Source: an uncultured Gammaproteobacteria bacterium
GTDB taxonomy: Bacteria > Patescibacteriota > Patescibacteriia > Magasanikbacterales > UBA922
Length of the DNA: 52,902 nucleotides
Reading direction: 5' to 3'
NCBI GenBank assembly: GCA_964571295.1
Contig: CAZNAO010000002.1
Span: 8,594-61,495 of the forward strand
Every line of letters begins with the position of its first letter. The stretch's first letter is position 1. A program made the position numbers and the translations under genes. Of this stretch, positions 47,844 through 52,902 are shown piece after piece. Below the pieces are notes generated by a model that saw only the letters and a list, made by a program, of their open reading frames with translations, searched no databases and had not been told where the DNA came from.

Positions 47844-47914
47844 CTCGGGGACAGGGATTCGAACCCCGATAGCTGGGACCAAAACCCAGAGTCCTACCAT
47901 TAGACGATCCCCGA
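47844..47914 (-). tRNA. tRNA-Gln (anticodon UUG)
   Basis: Hand-folded cloverleaf with anticodon arm CUGGG-UUUUGGU-CCCAG and T-loop UUCGAAU. It begins 1 nt after the ftsX stop. Confidence 0.9.
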
Positions 47915-47915
47915 A

Positions 47916-48821
47916 TTACGTTCGCAAATACTTACGCATTGCGAGCAGACTCGAGATAAGGGTGAGTAGAAATACTGACCCGAACTGTATCCCGAGCAGG
48001 AGGAGTATATGTGATGAAAAGTAGGTTGTCAAGATTGCACTCGACTCAAAAACGACGCTGATATAGGGGTCGAGGAAGCGGAGGGTGAACCATACCGCGA
48101 CCGCAGTAATGGCACTACTCACGACGCTGAAAATAAGCGATTCGAGGATATACGGTCCACTGATAAACCAATTGGTCGCCCCCACCAGTCGCTTGATCCC
48201 GATCTCGGCGCGCTGGGTATAGATTGCGACCCGGATGGTATTGAAGATAATGACAAATGCAATCACGGCAAAGAGTGCAGTAAGTGCATAGGTAAAGCGC
48301 TCGACCTGATGCGTAACGGTCTCAATCCGATCGATTGCAGTCTCGGTATCTCCGAATGTTTTCGCTTCGATGATATCCTCGTACTCCGGCACCGAAAGTG
48401 CAGCGATGATTTTCTCATAATCTCTCGGCTCGCGCGTCTTCACGATCAGGGTTGAACCGAGTGGATTGGTACCAAGTTCGTCAAGTGATGCGATAATTTC
48501 AGTGTTTCCGGAATAGGTCGATTTGAATTCTTCGAGTACTTCCTCACGACTGAGGTATCGCTCTTCGGTTACCTCTGGCAAACCTGAGACGAAGTCGCGC
48601 ACTTCCGTAATTTTTTCTTCTGGAGCTGCTGGATCAAAATAGATACTTACATCAATCTGATCCTTGACCGAGGTGATCGATCGGTCGGTCAGGACGCGCA
48701 CGATGATAAGTGTATTGATCGACAGGAGCATGAGCACCAAAATGAGTACAGTCATGACAGACAGGCTCATGTTTCGCACGATATCCTGGAACGAGAATTT
48801 GATTATTCGACCTAAAGACAT
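47916..48821 (-). CDS. ftsX: cell division permease FtsX
   Basis: 4-TM FtsX topology with a large periplasmic loop, downstream of ftsE. Confidence 0.85.
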   Translation of the reverse strand: MSLGRIIKFSFQDIVRNMSLSVMTVLILVLMLLSINTLIIVRVLTDRSITSVKDQIDVSIYFDPAAPEEKITEVRDFVSGLPEVTEERYLSREEVLEEFKSTYSGNTEIIASLDELGTNPLGSTLIVKTREPRDYEKIIAALSVPEYEDIIEAKTFGDTETAIDRIETVTHQVERFTYALTALFAVIAFVIIFNTIRVAIYTQRAEIGIKRLVGATNWFISGPYILESLIFSVVSSAITAVAVWFTLRFLDPYISVVFESSAILTTYFSSHILLLLGIQFGSVFLLTLISSLLAMRKYLRT

Positions 48822-48921
48822 AATAAAATTTCTAATTATTCTAATTGATCTAAATATCCTAACATTTTGAACATTTTTAGAATAATTAGACTAATTAGGT
48901 TAATTAGAATAATTTCCCCAT

Positions 48922-49602
48922 TTAAATCCGGTATTTCCCTTCCCGCTCGTCACTTGATACTCGTCCCTCATGCAATACCACGACTCTGCGGCGAAGCTGA
49001 TTGACGATTTCACGGTTGTGCGTCACGAGCACGATCGTGGTACCGAATTCATTTATTTTTTTCAGAATCTCAATGATTTCCTGCGTATTGATTGAATCGA
49101 GGTTACCGGTCGGCTCATCTGCCACGAGAATTTTCGGACGATGCACGAGTGATCGGGCGATCGCTACACGCTGCTGTTCGCCACCTGAGAGCTGATGCGG
49201 ATAGCGATCCAATTTGTGTGGCAATCCCACAATTTCAAGCACACGCGGAACTACAGCTCCGATACGTGAGCGCTTTTCCCCTGCCACTTCGAGTGCAAAG
49301 GCGACGTTTTCTTTTACGGTCTTTTTGGGTAATAATTTGAAATCCTGAAAAATCACGCCGATCTGACGGCGAAGCAAAGGAATATCCGAGAGTCCTATCT
49401 TAGTGATATCCCATCCTCCGATCTCGATCGATCCTGCACTTGGTCGCTCTTCGGCAATCAGCATTTTTACCAGGGTCGTTTTTCCAGTCCCGCTTTGTCC
49501 TACGATTGAGACAAATTCGCCCGGTTCGATATGGAGGCTCACTTCATTCAATCCCACGCTGTCGCGGGAATAGAATTTGCTGACATTTTTGAGCGTAATC
49601 AT
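48922..49602 (-). CDS. ftsE: cell division ATP-binding protein FtsE
   Basis: Walker [13 protein letters not shown] signature LSGGEQQR, Walker B ILVADEP. Start at [11 protein letters not shown]. Confidence 0.9.
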   Translation of the reverse strand: MITLKNVSKFYSRDSVGLNEVSLHIEPGEFVSIVGQSGTGKTTLVKMLIAEERPSAGSIEIGGWDITKIGLSDIPLLRRQIGVIFQDFKLLPKKTVKENVAFALEVAGEKRSRIGAVVPRVLEIVGLPHKLDRYPHQLSGGEQQRVAIARSLVHRPKILVADEPTGNLDSINTQEIIEILKKINEFGTTIVLVTHNREIVNQLRRRVVVLHEGRVSSDEREGKYRI

Positions 49603-49829
49603 AGATAACATAGATACGTGAAATACAGTATAACATATCTTTGAATCATGGAACAATACACATGAGACGGGCAGTACACTTTTCAACCTCTTCTGTATTT
49701 ATTTTCATTAACCTATATAAAATAAAAACTCACAAAACCAATCATTTCACCATTGTTTTCATTTCACATTGTTGCTTTTTTCCCGATGCATCTTCATGAT
49801 ATACTGTAAGCTTAATACTACATATTGAT

Positions 49830-50675
49830 ATGCCCACACTTCACATTCTCGGATCGGGAAGCTGCTTTCCGACAACATTACAAAAGGGGCGATTGCCTCC
49901 GGGCTATCTGATCGAATGGGGACAATCTTCCCGTTTGCTTTTTGAATGTTCCGAAGGAATTACCCGACGACTGGAAGCGATCGGCGTCTTGCCCGATGAT
50001 ATCGCGCACCTTGCGGTGAGCCACTCGCATCCCGATCATTGCGCCCTACCACAATTCATCCAATCCACACACTGCTCCCGCAGCACCAAACCCGGATTTT
50101 CACGGGACGATCCGTCTACGTTTTCGGAATTGCATCTCTACACGTCGAAACATATTATCAAAAACCTTCCGATCCTCAACAAAATTCATTTTCAAGAGAC
50201 GGTCGCCGGAAAAACCGCAGGTCTCGTATTCCCGATCATTCATCCGCATGAACTTCCTGCGCCTGATTCAATCGCTCTGCCTGAAGGGGCCACACTCACT
50301 GCAGCGCATGTGTATCACGGATTCGGCAAAGTCGATGCGCTCGCGTTCCGCCTCACGCTTCCGTCGGGCATAGTTATCGCGTATTCGGGAGACACGGGCA
50401 TGTGTGATGGAATCATGGACATCGCCCGGGGTGCTGACATATTCATTTCAGAAGCATCGACCTTGATCGGGGACGACACAGCTGCACACGTCTACGGACA
50501 CCTGAATCCGAGACAAGCGGGTGAGATCGCGCGACAAAGCGGGGTCAAACAATTGATTCTCACCCATTATGCCGGATTTGATTCGCCCCGTGCCATGAAA
50601 AAAGACTGTAAACGAAGCGGCTTTGCCGGGAAAATAATCATTGCGATGGATGGAATGAAACTGCGCATACCATAA
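49830..50675 (+). CDS. MBL-fold metallo-hydrolase
   Basis: HSHPDH metal-binding motif. Confidence 0.8.
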   Translation: MPTLHILGSGSCFPTTLQKGRLPPGYLIEWGQSSRLLFECSEGITRRLEAIGVLPDDIAHLAVSHSHPDHCALPQFIQSTHCSRSTKPGFSRDDPSTFSELHLYTSKHIIKNLPILNKIHFQETVAGKTAGLVFPIIHPHELPAPDSIALPEGATLTAAHVYHGFGKVDALAFRLTLPSGIVIAYSGDTGMCDGIMDIARGADIFISEASTLIGDDTAAHVYGHLNPRQAGEIARQSGVKQLILTHYAGFDSPRAMKKDCKRSGFAGKIIIAMDGMKLRIP

Positions 50676-50704
50676 TAAATCCTGCACCAGAACGGTTGCA
50701 GGGT

Positions 50705-51115
50705 TTATTTCGTAGCATCAGGCTTCAGATTGAGACAGACCGAATTCATACAATACCGCATACCGGTATCCGTGGGTCCGTCGGGGAATACATGTCCCAA
50801 ATGCGATCCACAATGCGCACATACGATTTCGGTGCGGCGCATGCCATAACTCTCATCAGTGATTTCACTGACCGCACCCGGAAGCGCCGTATCAAATGAC
50901 GGCCAGCCCGTGCCTGAATCGAATTTGGCATCAGAAGAAAACAACGGACTGTCACATACTTTGCAGTTATACGTTCCCTTGGTTTTTTCATATAACAATT
51001 CTCCCGAAAATGGAGCCTCGGTTCCTTTTTCACGTAATACGTGATATTCCTCTGGTGTTAATTTGTCTTTCAATTCTTTTTCGTCCATATGATTATAGTT
51101 CGGAGCCAATAGCAA
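50705..51115 (-). CDS. msrB: peptide-methionine (R)-S-oxide reductase
   Basis: CxxC...CxxC zinc site, GHLGHVF and RYCMNS motifs. Confidence 0.95.
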   Translation of the reverse strand: MLLAPNYNHMDEKELKDKLTPEEYHVLREKGTEAPFSGELLYEKTKGTYNCKVCDSPLFSSDAKFDSGTGWPSFDTALPGAVSEITDESYGMRRTEIVCAHCGSHLGHVFPDGPTDTGMRYCMNSVCLNLKPDATK

Positions 51116-51142
51116 GAAAGTTCATAAAAAAAATGTATTTTC

Positions 51143-51709
51143 CTACTCACTCTTGGCTTCTGTCTGTGAACTTACTAATAATTCTTTAAATTGTTTCTGT
51201 AATTTATCGAGCTTTGGCTTGATCACCAGCGCGCAATACGGTTTGTCCTTATGATGCTCGTAATAATTATGGTGATAGTCCTCCGCTTCGTAAAAAGTTG
51301 TCGCCGGGACCACTTCCGTAACCACCGGATGATCGTATGCATGACTCTCATTCAGTTCCGCGATAATTTTTTCAGCTGTATGTTTTTCTTCATCATTTGA
51401 GTAGAAAATTGCTGATCGGTACTGAGTGCCGACGTCCGCACCCTGCCGATTGCGCGTGGTCGGGTCATGGGTATTGAAGAATACCGCGAGCAAATCGTCG
51501 TATGAAATAATTGATGGATCGTATTCGATCTTGATCGCTTCTGCGTGTCCGGTCGTTCCCATACTTACCGCCTCATACGTCGGATTCGGGACTCCGCCTC
51601 CGGTATACCCCGGCACGACTGAGACGACACCTTTTAGTGCCTTAAATACCGCTTCAGTACACCAGAAGCAGCCATTTGCGAAAACTGTGGTTTTGAGTGG
51701 GTGGTCCAT
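51143..51709 (-). CDS. msrA: peptide-methionine (S)-S-oxide reductase
   Basis: GCFWC active site with GHAE and YHQNY-like motifs. Confidence 0.95.
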   Translation of the reverse strand: MDHPLKTTVFANGCFWCTEAVFKALKGVVSVVPGYTGGGVPNPTYEAVSMGTTGHAEAIKIEYDPSIISYDDLLAVFFNTHDPTTRNRQGADVGTQYRSAIFYSNDEEKHTAEKIIAELNESHAYDHPVVTEVVPATTFYEAEDYHHNYYEHHKDKPYCALVIKPKLDKLQKQFKELLVSSQTEAKSE

Positions 51710-51777
51710 ATAAAGCTAGTATAGAACAGGAATGAAACTTAAACAAATTTAAATCACCCTGCTAAGGTGATTTAATG

Positions 51778-51794
51778 TGAGCCGACATCGGGGA
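51778..51794. repeat. exact 17-bp duplicate of the tRNA-Thr 3' end
   Basis: TGAGCCGACATCGGGGA occurs at 51778-51794 and at 51935-51951 (the tRNA T-stem/acceptor 3' half). Confidence 0.8.
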
Positions 51795-51936
51795 AATCTC
51801 ACCATTCCACGAAAACCTTCGGGTTTTCGTGTACTTTCCTCAGCATGTGAAACCTTACGGTTTCACCCTTCCCTCGGTTCGACCCTGCTCATCCAAACCA
51901 ATAATAAACACGTGCTTAAGCACGTGTTTATTATTG

Positions 51937-52009
51937 AGCCGACATCGGGGATCGAACCCGAGACCTACAGTTTACGATACTGTCGCTCTACCAGCTGAGC
52001 TATGTCGGC
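51937..52009 (-). tRNA. tRNA-Thr (anticodon CGU)
   Basis: Hand-folded cloverleaf: acceptor GCCGACA/UGUCGGC, D-loop AGCUGGUA, anticodon arm ACAGU-AUCGUAA-ACUGU, T-loop UUCGAUC. 73 nt. Confidence 0.9.
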
Positions 52010-52118
52010 GCGTGACTTATACGTCGAAAGTTGAACATCATAAAGTCCAGAGAAAATACTAAAATATCTGACTTTTGACAAAGAGTAGTGTAACGAATGT
52101 TAAGTGAAATGTCAATTG

Positions 52119-52189
52119 AGCGGGATACGAGAATCGGACTCGCTTCTCTGGCTTGGGAAGCCAGCATAATACCATTATACTAATCCCGC
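52119..52189 (-). tRNA. tRNA-Gly (anticodon CCC)
   Basis: Hand-folded cloverleaf: acceptor GCGGGAU/AUCCCGC, anticodon arm CUGGC-UUCCCAA-GCCAG. 71 nt. Confidence 0.85.
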
Positions 52190-52192
52190 ATG

Positions 52193-52224
52193 AAAACGTC
52201 CGGCTGTGTTACGCCGGACGTTTT
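52193..52224 (-). terminator. intrinsic terminator after the parvulin gene
   Basis: 12-bp stem AAAACGTCCGGC/GCCGGACGTTTT. Confidence 0.65.
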
Positions 52225-52225
52225 A

Positions 52226-52902
52226 TTATTCCATGGTTCCGGTAGTTTCGACTGTCTGCACCTCTGGAGTACTGGTCGGCGCAGTCGTCAATTCTTCAAA
52301 CGGATTCCTGAGACCTTTTGATACCTTGATTTCAGCTGAAAGCAATCTACCATTCATATAGTCTGCAAATGGTGCGGTGTCATTCTCATTAGTTGCGAAT
52401 AGTATATGTCGTGCTTTTACTTCTTTGACACTTTCTCCGGTTGTTGCATCTTTGGTCGTGCGGATATCATCAACACGGATGATGTGATAGCCGAATTCGG
52501 TTTCCACCAATTCAGAAGCGAGTTCACCTTTTTTTAGAGCAAATGTTGCTTCTTCGAATTGAGGTACCATTGCCCCCGGACCAAACCATCCCAAATCTCC
52601 GCCCTGATCTTTGGTACTGTCTGATCCGAATTCACTTGCCAGCTGTTCAAATTTTTCCCCTTTCTTGATTCGGTCAAGCACACTTTGTGCCTTAGTCTTG
52701 ATTTCTTCTTTTGCATTCGGATCACGCACCGAATCCAAATATACGGTTGATAGCTTACTCTCAAGTTCTGCAGGGTACACAATCTTCTGTACGAACTCAT
52801 CAAGGTTCCAGCCGTAGCGCCCTGAAATTTCCTCATCTGCTTTCTCACGGTTTTCAAAACTCGGCAACAATTTCGTATCGACGATGGTATTGAGTTCATC
52901 CT
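52226..52902 (-). CDS. parvulin-type peptidyl-prolyl isomerase (PpiC/PrsA-like), N-terminus outside the window
   Basis: PpiC core DLGWFGPGAMVPQFE...FGYHII. The frame stays open to the window edge. Confidence 0.85.
   Translation of the reverse strand, partial: DELNTIVDTKLLPSFENREKADEEISGRYGWNLDEFVQKIVYPAELESKLSTVYLDSVRDPNAKEEIKTKAQSVLDRIKKGEKFEQLASEFGSDSTKDQGGDLGWFGPGAMVPQFEEATFALKKGELASELVETEFGYHIIRVDDIRTTKDATTGESVKEVKARHILFATNENDTAPFADYMNGRLLSAEIKVSKGLRNPFEELTTAPTSTPEVQTVETTGTME

Noticed and set aside
47640-47903. 87-aa ORF as an intact gene
   Set aside because: Its last ~20 codons are translated from a terminator hairpin and the tRNA-Gln gene. Upstream, the frame continues without a start and then frameshifts. 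It is interpreted as the tail of a recombinase pseudogene.
2057-49686. N-terminal extensions in the ORF track for fmt, M23 peptidase, DsbA-like, cyclophilin, zinc-ribbon, GT2, HAD, adhesin, ftsE, the DUF4430 genes and others
   Set aside because: The upstream Met/TTG/GTG codons add hydrophobic or junk residues, or overlap the upstream gene, riboswitch or terminator. Internal ATGs that restore canonical N-termini or signal peptides were used instead.
51796-51934. SRP (4.5S) RNA in the cassette next to tRNA-Thr
   Set aside because: The hairpins are perfect 8-10-bp stems with simple tetraloops. The conserved domain IV internal loops (GGUCC-GGAA-GGAAGCAGC-like) are absent.
1-52902. CRISPR arrays, rRNA genes, intact transposases/prophage, recoded stop codons
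   Set aside because: No regularly spaced direct repeats were seen, and there is no rRNA-like sequence. Apart from the recombinase remnant, there is no transposase or integrase ORF. TGA, TAA and TAG all terminate well-supported genes, so the standard genetic code fits.

Overview
This is a low-GC, gene-dense bacterial chromosome segment. The gene content looks like a small-genome Patescibacteria/CPR-type organism, but that is an inference from content, not a search result. Most of the window is housekeeping: fmt, a MurE-like ligase, Fe/Mn SOD, the dnaG-rpoD pair, cysS, dnaX, folD, dus, greA, ftsEX, msrAB and four tRNAs. I found no CRISPR array, rRNA or intact mobile element.

The main findings:
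1. Two paralogous cobalamin-riboswitch-like leaders. One sits in front of an operon encoding DUF4430 (transcobalamin beta-domain-like) proteins. These include an 887-aa wall/membrane-anchored protein that adds an alpha/alpha-toroid domain, plus a small multi-TM protein. I read this as a surface corrinoid capture and uptake system. The other leader drives a GC-rich, probably laterally acquired Tat-signal DUF4430 protein.
2. Two orphan, GC-rich, ORF-poor, helix-dense loci of about 330 nt and 460 nt. Each has its own sigma70-like promoter and intrinsic terminator. I could not assign either to RNase P RNA, tmRNA, SRP RNA or a known riboswitch by eye.
3. Integration scars at tRNA-Gln(UUG) (a serine recombinase C-terminal remnant plus a degenerate tRNA 3' repeat) and at tRNA-Thr (an exact 17-bp 3' duplication).
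4. Several GC-rich islets in an otherwise AT-rich background.
5. A VirD4/TraD-like ATPase three-gene module.

All calls rest on motif reading of the supplied ORF translations and the raw sequence. No database searches were run.
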